Below, piece after piece: positions 1 to 12,429 of a DNA stretch of 63,944 bases. Under the pieces are notes generated by a model. That model had not been told where the DNA came from. It saw only the letters and a list, made by a program, of their open reading frames with translations, and did not search any database. Every line of letters starts with the position of its first letter. Position 1 is the first letter of the stretch. The stretch is taken from contig OZ024741.1 in NCBI GenBank assembly GCA_964016885.1, positions 194,804,057-194,868,000 of the forward strand, read 5' to 3'. The stretch comes from Eledone cirrhosa. Its lineage: Eukaryota. Position numbers and translations under genes: made by a program.

Positions 1-49
1 AGAAAAGAAACAGGATTTTGTCGCAAAAAATATTTCAAATCCAAACTAC

Positions 50-740
50 AAGCTAGAAGTTTTCCCCTTCGAAATAATCCCCCTTGGGCCTAATGCACTT
101 TCTTATCCTTCTCCACCATGCCTGCATGCATTCATGGAAGGATTCGGCGCATATCCATCGTTACGGCTCTCTTGATGATTTCCACGCCGGGAAAACGGGT
201 TCGTCTAGATGACTCTCTGAGCTTGGGGAAAAGGAGAAAATCACATGTAGCCAAGTCGAGCCAAGTGACTGCTCCAACACGGCGATGTTCTTCTCGACCA
301 AGAATTCTGGGATGCTCGGGGCATTGTGAGCTAATCTTCGGTGATAATCTTTCAAACGCTGTCGTGGTTTATGTCTAGCTCACTTGCTATCAGTCGAACA
401 GCCAGCCGACGATCGCCACGAACCACCTGCCTCGCGCTCAACGTTGGCCTCGGTCCTGCTCTCTGAAGGCCTTCTGTTTCTGCGGTCATCTTTCACGTTC
501 TTGCGTCCCTTTTTGAACATTTTGTGCCACTTGAAAACCCGTGAGTGCGACTACACCTCATCTCCGTACACTTGCAGCAGTAATTCCAAGTGCTTCTGAC
601 GGAGATGTTCCCAGCTGGACCAGAAACTTCAGGCTAGTTCGTTGCTCTGTGCCCGTTGCTCGACTGCCTATAATTGAGGAGTTAACAAAAGCATGCGAAA
701 AAAAAATAAAATACAATGGCTGCAGAGAGCTGAGACCGTA
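50..740 (-). mobile_element. Mariner (Tc1/mariner) transposase relic, internally deleted
   Basis: Minus-strand translation, across frameshifts, gives an N-terminal HTH-like stretch (..WHKMFKKGRKNVKDD..ANVER..DRRLAVRLIASELDINHDSV..). This joins directly to C-terminal motifs (AHNAPSIPEFLVEKNIAVLEQ, DLATCDFLLFPKL, DYFEG). The middle of the DD34D domain is missing. Confidence 0.85.
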
Positions 741-955
741 ATTATATACTTTTCGGATATTACATCAGACGGTGACGCAACCCGCTAATCCCTACCCTAC
801 TCATAATTCAAATAGCACCTTCAGTGTGTTTATACGCCCCATTATTATTAGACTATCTTATTTAGTTACGGCGAAATTTTCTAATTCAATTTTCAAATTC
901 CATCGCGGTTTTCTAAACTTACGTTATATATAAAGTTTTTCATGTTTTTGTCTTG

Positions 956-1039
956 GCGCCTGATGAGATGCTAGTTTAAAAGAACCTCCTCCACAATACA
1001 GGGGTATCCATACCTGGACCCCGAAACCAATGGTCGCGC
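956..1039 (+). ncRNA. Hammerhead ribozyme-like motif (PLE pLTR relic) with a long insertion in the stem II region
   Basis: GCGC-CTGATGA...GAA-ACC-AAT-GGT-C-GCGC: stem I GCGC/GCGC, stem III ACC/GGT, GUC triplet. The hairpin GGGGTATCCA..TGGACCCC directly precedes GAAA. Confidence 0.6.
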
Positions 1040-1310
1040 ATACATATTAAGCGTATGAAACTTTATTTATACTAAGTAAACTCTCTGGCAATAGATTGAG
1101 CGTTGTCTTTCTTCACCTTTTACATACGGATATCCCCCCCCCCCACACACAATATATATATATATTAGTTTCCACCTGTTTGTGGTGGGGCCGATATCGT
1201 TGTTAGAACTCAATGTGGCATTGAAGAGATCGTTTCAGCGAGGTTAGACGGTGAGTTTTATAGTTTTTGTGATAGATGGTCACTTGTTTTAGTCGTACCT
1301 CCTTTCGTGC

Positions 1311-1431
<121 letters not shown>

Positions 1432-1857
1432 GTTCAATATTGAATCAAGCGTGTGTTTGTTGCTTTAGTGTCGGCTATTATATTGAACGCATCGCTCACT
1501 TTCTTCACTTTCTTTATCTCTTTTCGTTCACGCATTGTGAACCTTCTTGCTTAGTTCCATATTTGGCTTTCAGTGTTCAATTTAATTTCACGTGTGCTTT
1601 CTCCCAAATTCTTACTTTTCTCAATTTTCCGTCATATTACATCGTAGTGATGTCGGTAACTCATGACGACCAGATTGAAAAACAGACAAACAAACATACA
1701 AGGAAACGAACGTAGGTTCAAGTGTGAGGAAAGCCTGTTCCCGAGTCTAAAAAATTCACATGCTAAGTTTGGACATGATTGGTCCACTGTCTTTTAAGTG
1801 CATTGGAGACAAATAGACAATCAAACAAACTATTTTGTTTATGTATGTATATAGTGA

Positions 1858-2262
1858 AGGTGCGTGGCTTTGTGGTTAGGGTATTCAGCTAAAAATCGTA
1901 AGGCTGTGAGTTCGTTTCCCAACGGTGCGCTGCGTCCTTGAACAAGACACTTTATTTCACGTTGCTCCAGTCGATTCAGTTGGCACCTGTAATTCTGAAT
2001 GGTTAAAGAGTTTACTTCTCAATCATTGGGTCCCGGTTTCGATCCATGCCTAAAGTTGGGTAGACGGATATTATTTGGCAACTTGTCGGATGGGATGTAC
2101 CAGTAATTCAAAGGGTAAGTAAGCTTTGACACACATTCTCCCTGAGAATTACGTAAAAGGTACCCTGTCTATGGAATACTGTGCTATTTACACGTTAATT
2201 TGATGAACAGGTTGCACTGTTGATTGAATAACTAAAACACTTATCGTCGAAAGCGACGGAGC
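1858..2262 (+). mobile_element. tRNA-derived SINE, family B (octopus OR-like), with a small internal insertion
   Basis: A-box-like GTGGCTTTGTGGTTAGG and B-box-like GAGTTCGTTTCC, followed by GTCCTTGAACAAGACACTTTATTTCACGTTGCTCCAG. Homologous to 62470-62800. Confidence 0.8.
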
Positions 2263-3396
2263 TTCATTCCATTCCATTAAGATGAAGAAGCCTAAATATT
2301 CGATGGCGAGTGTTTAAAAATAAATACCTCACTGACACAGTAATACATAAGATAGAAACATGAACTCTATGGTAAGTGCAAACTCCAGATTGAGTATTAA
2401 AAGCTTCGATTATTGACTCAATAGTTTACTTTTTGTGTACGTCTTCTAATCCAGGACAAGTTAAATATTTCCATTGTGAGAATTTATATATTCTTGAAGT
2501 GAAAAGACTCCCCTATTTCCCGCTGGTATTACCATAATAGATTATCGTCAGTACAACAGTTTAGCCATATTTCACTACGAAGAATTGTTGTTGGGACCCA
2601 CTATTTCTTCATGGACCAAAAGATCAAAAGAAAGCACAAACATTAAAAATCAGTCAATATACAATTTTGCATCTAACAGACTATTCGAAAGTTTCCCTGG
2701 AATATAAAGATTTAAATTTCCTTCTCATTACCAATCGCATAAAAAATGGATAACAGGGTATTTTCTTGTTTTCATAAGGCAATATTGATTGCCAGGCGAT
2801 GATCTAAATGTCGTATATTCATGATGTATTTCTATTTGCGAACTTATTTCATATTTATTTCTGTCTACATAGCCAATAACGTAGTGACAGCTCTTGAGAA
2901 ATCTATTCTGTAAGAAATATAATGCTATTTTACGAAGCAGCACGCTGAGTTTGTTTGGCAGCAGGCGAGACAGACATAATCTCTGATGACAGTGACGATG
3001 TAGCGTAGTTTATTTCAGCAGAAAGATTGCAAATAACTTACAGCTATACTCCAGATTTCTATTTAGTAGTATAGCTTGAAGTGAAGAGTTGTACATTCAT
3101 TAGATATACTGGCACAGAATCTCAGATACGACTATACAAAAATACCGTTTCTCAACAATTCGATAAGTTATGATAAAGATCTAAGCGAAATAGCACGCAC
3201 ACGCACACGCACACATGCACATACTCAAACACACATATATACGTGTGTACGATGTTCTCTCTTTCTCTTAATTTCGAGTATATATTTGACCGGCCACCTT
3301 CCTGGTGGCAAGGTTGTAAAAGAAAAGAAAAGAAATTATCATCCCTTGTATGTATGTATGTATGTATGTATGTATGTATGTATGTATGTATGTATG

Positions 3397-4695
<1,299 letters not shown>

Positions 4696-4736
4696 ATTAT
4701 GTACATATTATGTACATTTTATGAATGTATGTATGT

Positions 4737-5420
4737 GTCGGGTCACTCTTGAGTGCTACTGGTAACATGTCACCCAGTACAATCTGTGGCATGGTCGGAT
4801 CGTCGACTCCGATATAAAACCTGCGGCTCAGTAGTTACCGATGATGTTGATCTTTTCTTCTTTTCGGGTTATAGCTACTGTCGCTCAGAGAGTGGGATTG
4901 GCTCAGTGCACAGTCTTTTCTCACTTTAAAAAATATCTTCACGCACAGGCATTGAACGATAGAATTAATTAATAATTATTTATAATGGTATATCGTGCAA
5001 TGGCCATACTCGATAACGAGGGGACAGCCACCATCATGTATGTATGTATGTATGTATGTATGTATGTATGTATGTATGTATGTATGTATGTATGTATGTA
5101 TGTATGCATGTATCTATGTATGTGTGTATGTATGCATGTATGTAGGAATGAACGTATGTGTGTGTATGTATGTATGTGCGGGGACATAGAAATACTCAGT
5201 TTGATGCCCTGCTCCTCTAGTTCTTTTAAGGATATCATTCTAGGAGAAGGAAAACAATGCTGTAAAACCTGTGACGCGATGGCAGCCTATGATGTTGACC
5301 TACTCCTCTTTTTGGTTGTTCTACTTGTCATGGTTGTTCAGCGAGTGGAATTGGTCCAGTACAAAGCCTTTCTTCCCTTAAAAAAGCTCCAAGCGCAGAC
5401 AATCACTTGATCTAAACGAC
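4737..5420 (+). mobile_element. Diverged fragments of the RTE-derived (TATG)n element (head 4737-4955, tail 4993-5035, middle 5180-5420)
   Basis: Shares GTGCTACTGGTAACATGT..CCAGTACAA, TTCTAGGAGAAGGAAAAC and GGCCATACTCGA.AACGAG with 3397-4001. Confidence 0.7.
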
Positions 5421-5632
5421 TTTCACGTGTGTTGCGAGAGCATAGCTTTTTCTTTTTTCTTTCGCTTCACATGGTGAAGTGAGAGAAAAAGCGTCATGTT
5501 CATGCTACACATCTATGAGAAAAAGGTCAATGAATGGCAAATCTCGAAACTGAAATGTATGTATGTATGTATGTATGTATGTATGTATGTATGTATGTAT
5601 GTATGTATGTATGTATGTATGTATGTATGTAT

Positions 5633-6030
5633 GACCCCTTAGCCTTTGTCAAGGCAGAATTCTAGGAGAAGGAAAACTCTGATATAACACCTGCAACTCT
5701 GATGGTATCCAATGATGTTGACTTGTTCTTCTTTTTGGTAAATATCATCTTGGTTAAGAGAGTGGGACTGGCTTTGTGCAGTGCCTTTGCTCACTATAAA
5801 AGCTTCACGGCACAGGCATTGCTTTATATCTGGAGATCTCTCTACACTTGTCGTCACATGGTACAATGGGCCCAGCACTATGTGTCAATAATTGTCACAA
5901 GTGTAGTGTTTGTACCAGAGTTTTCAAGTCGCTGGCTGGACTAAAGTCACATTCGTTCAGCGCATCGGTAGGAGTTCTCCTACATGGATATAAAGTAGTG
6001 GCCATACTCGAAAACGAGTTGGCAGCCACC
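5633..6030 (+). mobile_element. Near-identical 5'-truncated copy of the RTE-derived element
   Basis: Almost base-for-base match to 3604-4001; (TATG)n on both sides. Confidence 0.85.
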
Positions 6031-6097
6031 ATGTATGTATGTATGTATGTATGTATGTATGTATGTATGTATGTATGTATGTATGTATGTATGTTAT

Positions 6098-6450
6098 ATC
6101 AGGTTACTCTCGAGTGCTAGTGGTAACATGTAACCCAGTACAACCTGTCTCATCGTCGGGTCGTCGGCGACTAAACTGACAACCCCACAAAAAAACAAAA
6201 ATCCCTGCAGCTTCGGAAGCATCCGATGATGTTGACCAGTTCTCCGTTTTGGGTAGTGTTTTCGATGCTCAGAGAGTGGGATTGGTCGAGGGTAAGGCCT
6301 TTCCCCACTTAAAAAACCTTCAGAGCACAGGTATTGTTTGTACAGGATATGTTACAGGTTTGTGTGGCTGGCCGTAGCCTAAAAGTGCACCAAACTCTAT
6401 AATCTGACAAGCGATTGCAATACTCTTAGCAGAGTTTGCAGCCAGCCATC
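6098..6450 (+). mobile_element. Related RTE-derived element with a different 3' module
   Basis: Head matches 3397-3490 and the middle matches 3670-3790. It ends CAGCCATCATGTATG like the other copies. Confidence 0.65.
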
Positions 6451-6487
6451 ATGTATGTCTGTATACATATATATATGTATATATCTG

Positions 6488-6535
<48 letters not shown>

Positions 6536-6727
6536 AACACATACATACATACATACATACACAATACATACATACATACATACATACATACATACATACA
6601 TACATACATACATACATACATACATTCATACATACATACATGCCTATATATATACACAGCAGTATAAGTTTGGTAGAAATATCCAAGAGTAAGAGCACTC
6701 AGTCCATAGGACTCACTGTCGTTTAAT

Positions 6728-7826
6728 CAGGGGACTTCCAAAAAGTTTTACCTGTGAAATCAAAAGGGACTTGCGCCGATCATATTCGAGCTTAAAAATC
6801 GTCAACTTTATGACCACGTTCACCAAACTCAATTAAAGAATCAGCATGTGGGCACAACTTCATGATGACAACATTTTTGTAGAGGTTGCTCAAAAGCTTC
6901 TGAAATTTGAAGGTTATTTTGATCCTTCATCATTTTGTACTGTTGTTGAAAAGGTTGATAGCTTAATCAAATGTTCTCCAATTTCGCAATCAATCCACCA
7001 TTCCAACTAGGAGTGGCTGTGTGAAAGAGTAATCCTTGCCCTCAAAACGTCACAGTAAATGCCATCAACAAAATTCTCTCACAAAGGATTCCTGGAGGTA
7101 GCCAGACCTATAAATTTATCGACAAAGTTGTCGACGAGGTCGAAGCTGTTAATTATCCCGTTGAATTTCTTAACGGCCTGGAACTGTCCAGTATGCTCCC
7201 ACACAATCTTGAATTGAAGCAGAGCACAGTCATCATGCTTCTCAGAAACCTGGATCAGCCAAGATTGTGCAATGGGACGAGTATGGTTGTGACTAAACTG
7301 CAGCCTCACATTACCGAAGCCCAAATCCTCACTGGATGTGGTAAGGGAGACATCGCATTTATACCTAGAATGCTGCTAATACCAACAGATGTCCCCTTTC
7401 GTTTCAAATGATTGCAATTCCCAGTGAAAGTTAATTACGCAATGACCATTAACAAGTTTCAAGGTCAAACACTGCAGGTTGTTGGTCTCTATCTAGAAGA
7501 GGGCTGTTTCTCACATGGTCCACTGTATGTAGGTTATTCCAGACTAGGAAGACCTCCACAAACTCTTCATAAATGCTCCAAAGAAAAATGTTAAAGACAT
7601 TATATATACTACAATTTTCATAGAATACATTTTTCTATTAGTTTCTTTATTACTTTCTGTATTTAGATATTCTAAATAATTTTTAAAAATTATGTTATGC
7701 ACTATTTAAGTACCTTTTAACATCTTTTATTCTGAGGGAAATGGGCATTACGATAGATGACAGTAGGTGCCTTATAAAAGGATTTGAGCAAAGTACAGAC
7801 CGGGGTGAGGGCAGGATAACCGCTAG
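6728..7826 (+). mobile_element. Helitron 3' part: PIF1-like helicase pseudogene with a CTAG end
   Basis: Motifs GDFQKVLPV, WLCERVILA, NYPVEFLN, IMLLRNLDQPRLCNGT, QFPVKVNYAMTINKFQGQTL and CFSHGPLYVGYSR, with stops and frameshifts. Ends in CTAG|T at 7823-7826. Confidence 0.9.
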
Positions 7827-8028
7827 TATGTGTATATATATATATATATATATAAGTATTGAAGTTTCCGTTGAAAATTGAAAAAGTCATAGGAGTGAAG
7901 AGTGCTCTATTTTTCGTATTCGTCTTATTCGGGAAACCTCTGGTAATGAGGTAATTATATTGTATTGTTTATTATACATTATATATATATATATATATAT
8001 AAATATATTTATTAAAATAACAGATTAA

Positions 8029-8079
8029 AGTTTAAGCAAAGAATCGCTGCTTTCACCCTTAACGGGATCTTCTGAAACT
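8029..8079 (-). ncRNA. Hammerhead-like motif with a CAGAAGA core
   Basis: Reverse complement: AGTTT-CAGAAGA-tCCCgttaaGGGt-GAA-AGCA..TGCT-T-AAACT. All three stems pair, followed by AATAAA and (TA)n. Confidence 0.6.
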
Positions 8080-8146
8080 AACAAAATCAATCTGTAAACG
8101 CAGAACTGGATATTTCAAAAAACGTTGCAACCGGAGGAAGACAGGA

Positions 8147-8187
<41 letters not shown>

Positions 8188-8190
<3 letters not shown>

Positions 8191-8600
8191 GTGAAAGAGT
8201 GAAGAATAACATGGTCGGCTGTATAAAAAGGGTTTTATTTACAGTATTAACAATTGTTTCATTGATCAGGTGAGTCTAAAGGCCGCTAATTACTCGAAGT
8301 TGCGTCACTCAATCTTAAAAACAGTCTGTGTCTCTGATCAAATCATCGGAATACTGGAGGGTTTAACACATGGCATTAGTATTTAGGTATTTATAGATAC
8401 ATCGGAGAATCAAGTGAATGAAAACAATAACATCAATAATAAAAGATAATAATAAAGAAGTGAAAATGAAAATGATACATTTTCATTTTCATTTTCATTT
8501 TCACCTTTAGACTCACCTGATCAATGAAACAATTGTTAATACTGTAAATAAAACCCTTTTAGTACAGCTGACCATGTTATTCTTCACTCTTTCACTATTA
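8188..8600. mobile_element. PLE pseudo-LTR with an inverted partial copy
   Basis: 8188-8282 is the reverse complement of 8504-8598. Contains a hammerhead and abuts (TA)n. Confidence 0.75.
8242..8356 (-). ncRNA. Hammerhead ribozyme motif with a CCGATGA core and ~80-nt stem II domain
   Basis: Reverse complement: CAGTATT-CCGATGA-tTTGATCAG..CTGATCAAt-GAA-ACAATTGT-T-AATACTG. Stem I is 7 bp and stem III is palindromic. Confidence 0.75.
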
Positions 8601-8835
8601 TTACTCCAAGAATAACCTACATGGGAATTCTCGCAAACTCACTACCTAACTAAGGAAACCTCTTGTTGAGTCAAACAACGCCGTACGTTAAAACTATCCA
8701 TAGTACAGAGTACTCACAACCTCTATCTAACTCTCTCTCTCTCTCTATATATGGGATAACAAGTTATCGTTTTAGGTAATCCAGTTAGAGGTTGTGAGTA
8801 CTCTGTATATATATATATAACAAAATATATATATA

Positions 8836-8868
8836 TAACAAAGGGTGACGCGAAAATGGTTGTGTTGA

Positions 8869-8904
<36 letters not shown>

Positions 8905-9132
8905 CGTTTCTGAATTTGTTTAGCAAGATTCTTTATCTGAAATCGTGTGTTGAAACCGATATTGTTATACTTTGGGAGGGTCATGTTGCCAAAAAGAAAC
9001 ACACGTAGATTTGTAGATTTATAAATTTATAAATATATAATATTTATATAATATTTATAAATATATAATAAATTGAAGTGAAAGCAACTGGTGCGTGTGT
9101 TTCTTTTTGGCAACATGACCCTCCCAAAGTAT

Positions 9133-9164
<32 letters not shown>

Positions 9165-9198
9165 GCTCCGCACAACCATTTTCGCGCCACCCTTTGTT
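8836..9198. repeat. Nested inverted repeats (fold-back) built from PLE terminal sequence in (TA)n
   Basis: 8837-8874 pairs with 9161-9198, and 8959-9005 pairs with 9094-9140. TTGTTATACTTTGGGAGGGTCAT also occurs at 17551, at the end of the Naiad-like PLE. Confidence 0.75.
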
Positions 9199-9627
9199 GA
9201 ATCATAATCAGGGCATAATTTCGTATCTCTTTCCTACATATCTGGCCATATTCTAAGACTAGTCAACTTACTGAGTAAATATGATTAGCTGATGAGATCT
9301 AACAAGATGGGAATATATCAATTACTTTCGCGAAGTTGATTTATAGACAAGGCCCACTCCCATTGCATTGTCTTAATTTTTCCCAAAAGACTTGTATCAA
9401 ACTTGACTACAGGAATTCCCCCATTGCTTGCCGTATATCACCTGATCATCCCTAGGAGGAGTTTCAGTTTTGAATTTTCGAGGGTAATCTCGGTTCATTG
9501 GAATTTTTCGTATTCGCCATATTCAAATAGGGAAATATAAATAGTATGAGAACAATACAATAAAATAAGATATCACCGAAGCGCTAAAAATGTTTGAAAT
9601 CTGAAAATAACTAATAACACTGTAAAT

Positions 9628-9816
9628 AATTGTTTCTACTTTAGGCACAAGGCCAGCAAATACCCAGTGCATTACTGGTACTTTATTTTATCGACCCCGT
9701 AAGGATGAAAGGCAAAGTCAACCTCGGCGGGATTTGAACTCAGATCGTAAAGGGACGTAACTATGCTGGAAAGCATGGCGTCCGACCCTCTACTGATACT
9801 GCCAATCCACCGCCCA
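9628..9816 (-). mobile_element. tRNA-derived SINE, family A (octopus OK-like), full length
   Basis: Reverse complement: GGCGGTGGATTGGCAGTATC (A box)..GAGTTCAAATCCC (B box)..GCCTTTCATCCTTACGGGGTCGATAAA..GCCTTGTGCCTAAAGTAGAAACAATTAT. Confidence 0.9.
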
Positions 9817-10074
9817 TTATACTGTAAATAATAACACTGTAAATAATAGTTGAAAATAAGATTTTTTTCGTTTTTAAGGGTAACTTACCCAATTTTCTCA
9901 ACTATTATTTATAGCGATTGGCTGTTATTACAGATAATTTCTGTGTTTGGGGCTCTCACATTTTCAAATTTCTGGTACTCCCAACGCTTCGATAATTTAT
10001 GATGGTTGGATAACATCCATAACTTCAGTTGGTTTCGCTTGAGGATTCAGCCGAATTATTTGGTAATGGATGAA

Positions 10075-10185
10075 GAGGGGGAGGAGGAGGAGAAGGAGGA
10101 GGAGGAGGAGGAGGAGGAGGAGGAGGAGGAGGAGGAGAAGAAGAAGAAGAAGAAGAAGAAGAAGAAGAAGAAGAAGAAGAAGAAG
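10075..10185. repeat. (GAG)n(AAG)n microsatellite
   Basis: Trinucleotide runs; these explain the poly-E/K, poly-S/P and poly-F ORFs. Confidence 0.98.
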
Positions 10186-10792
10186 ATATTAGTACAGACA
10201 AATACATTTTCTAACGTTTCTGAATATATATTATAATATTTAATTTTCACTTAAGAACAACAAAAGAATTACACAAGAAATTCTCAGCAGCGAAATCTTA
10301 AAAAAATCAAGATTATTTTAAACATACCAAATATATTTATGTTAAATCTATTTAACACAAATAATATTATCACCAAACTAATTCTGTTAGATCTGATTTC
10401 GAGCAATTTCCTTTTTAGTAATTATGATGTTATATTTTTATTGAACATTTTTAAAAGCAATTTTCCGATTCCAACGAAATATTACATTAACAGTACTGTA
10501 GTTTAATTAACATTTCGAATAGTTAATATAATTAGTATTTTTAGAATTGTATTAGTTCTTTTAGAAGTGGAACAGAGGCGGAAACAGGCGAGGAATTAGA
10601 ACATTGGATAATTTTGGAGGTAATGAAAATATACTGAATTGATTAGACTGTTTCACTCGTGCATTAATTAACAATTCTCTCATCACTAATTTGGCAGTAG
10701 GGTGAAGACCATGCATCGCTTATAAGGCCAGAATAAGACAATTATATATTCAGAGTTGTCTCCCAAACTTTCCGAACAAATGGAAAGAATAT

Positions 10793-11910
10793 TGATTTTT
10801 AATTTAGACACAAGGCCTGCAGGTTTGGGGGAAAAGGCAGAGCTGATTAAATCAACCTGGTACTTGACTGGTTCTTTATTTTATCGACTTCGGAAGGATG
10901 ACAGGCAAAATTAACCTCGGTGGAATTTGAACTCAGAATTGTCTTGTAGACAATATTAGTCATTAATTAATATCGATTGTTTCCTCACCATTTATGTATT
11001 TCTAGTTAGGCTTTTAATGGTATTTGCGTAATACCATTACCTACTATAGTGTTTCTAGTATTTCTACTTTGGAATTACAATGAGGGACTATTTATCTTCG
11101 CAGGAACTCTCTAGATATAGTTATTCGAATATCGTATGTTTTTATTGCAGGATGTGTGCATACTTTGTTTAACATTATACTTGTAGTAGGGTAGTAGATT
11201 AGCAGAATTTGTAGATCATCGGATAAAAAGCCAGTACTGTATTTGTTCTGACCCTTTACATTCTAATTTCAAATTTTGCTGCGGTAACTTTGCCTTTCAT
11301 CCTTCCCTCCTCCTATTTGCTGGCCTTGTGCCTAAATTAGAAATGAATACTATGCCTGTAGTTCCCATTACAGTAATATTGGTGAAGAGGCTTTCTATAT
11401 CTACATTGTAAATGCTGCCAACTTATAGATAGATAGATATGTTCATAGGACGAATTTTTAGAAATTCTTAAAAAACTATCTATTTGACGTATGTCTTTTA
11501 TGATTCTATTTACTTGCTTAGTGATATTCAGAAATATTCTATTGATTTGAGAGATTATACATCGGAACGGTTATTTGATTTGGGAGTCATTGCGGTGTCA
11601 TAAATGTATAATTGTTTCTACTTTTTGGCAATTATCCCAATGCATTACTGGTACTTTATTTTATCGACCCATAAGGATGAAAGTCAAAGTTAACCGCGGC
11701 GGGATTTGAACTCAGACCTTAAAGGGCCGTAACTCTGTCATACATGTATAATGAGCTCAACTCTCCTTATATATACTGAAAATGAAAACATTATATGTTC
11801 AATTCCCGCCGAGGTTAACTTTGCCTTTCATCCTTACGGGGTCGATAAAATAAAGTACCAGTAATGTACTGAGATAATTGCTGGCCTTGTGCCAAAAGTA
11901 GAAACAATTA
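10793..11910. mobile_element. Four partial family-A SINE copies (10793-10940 -, 11190-11345 +, 11610-11735 -, 11797-11910 +)
   Basis: Each has GGATGAAAGGCAAAGT.AACCTCGG or its reverse complement, plus the GGCACAAGGCC tail where present. Confidence 0.85.
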
Positions 11911-12429
11911 TATTTGTGCTTTTGCAGCAATAATTTATTTGTTGATTTTAATCTTTAGTTCTACACAGTTATCTTTTCTAATTTGTCGTTATTCATATAG
12001 TATATTGTTAATAAAAACCGGATTACTCTAATTTCTTTCATGTATTACAAATGTTATTGCTGTTTTCCATGTCCTGTAGAATAGTTAAATATTCTTGCTC
12101 AATACGTTTTTGTTGTGTTTATATTTTCATTTATTGCTTTTCTGTTAAATAGGTTTCGTAGTTTATTGCCAATTTTTATTACCAGCAAATGCCAACCCAA
12201 ACTTAACTAACAGATGCAGCACTCGTGAAATATATTATGGAAGCAATTTCAATTTAACAGTTAAACAATTTTAATTGCGGCAAAGGTGATTTTATCAGTT
12301 ACAGCATCATTTTTATGATTACTTGGCGCTTAATACAAAATTCGCCAATACGAGCGCCATAATCCTCCCTTCATTCCGAAGATGAGATTGAGAAGGCCTT
12401 GAAACGTTAATTTACATAGGAATATTACT

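Noticed and set aside
2975-3030. CTGATGA followed by GAAA
   Set aside because: No stem II or stem III geometry; likely chance.
9283-9325. CTGATGA-gATCTaacaAGATg-GGAATATATC hammerhead-like relic
   Set aside because: GAAA is altered and stem I does not pair convincingly.
10621-10692. Minus-strand GTGATGA...GAAACAGTC relic
   Set aside because: C3 is missing and there is no stem II pairing.
12372-12425. CCGAAGA...GAAACGT..ACATAGGAAT relic
   Set aside because: Several mismatches in the core and in stems II and III; too decayed to call.
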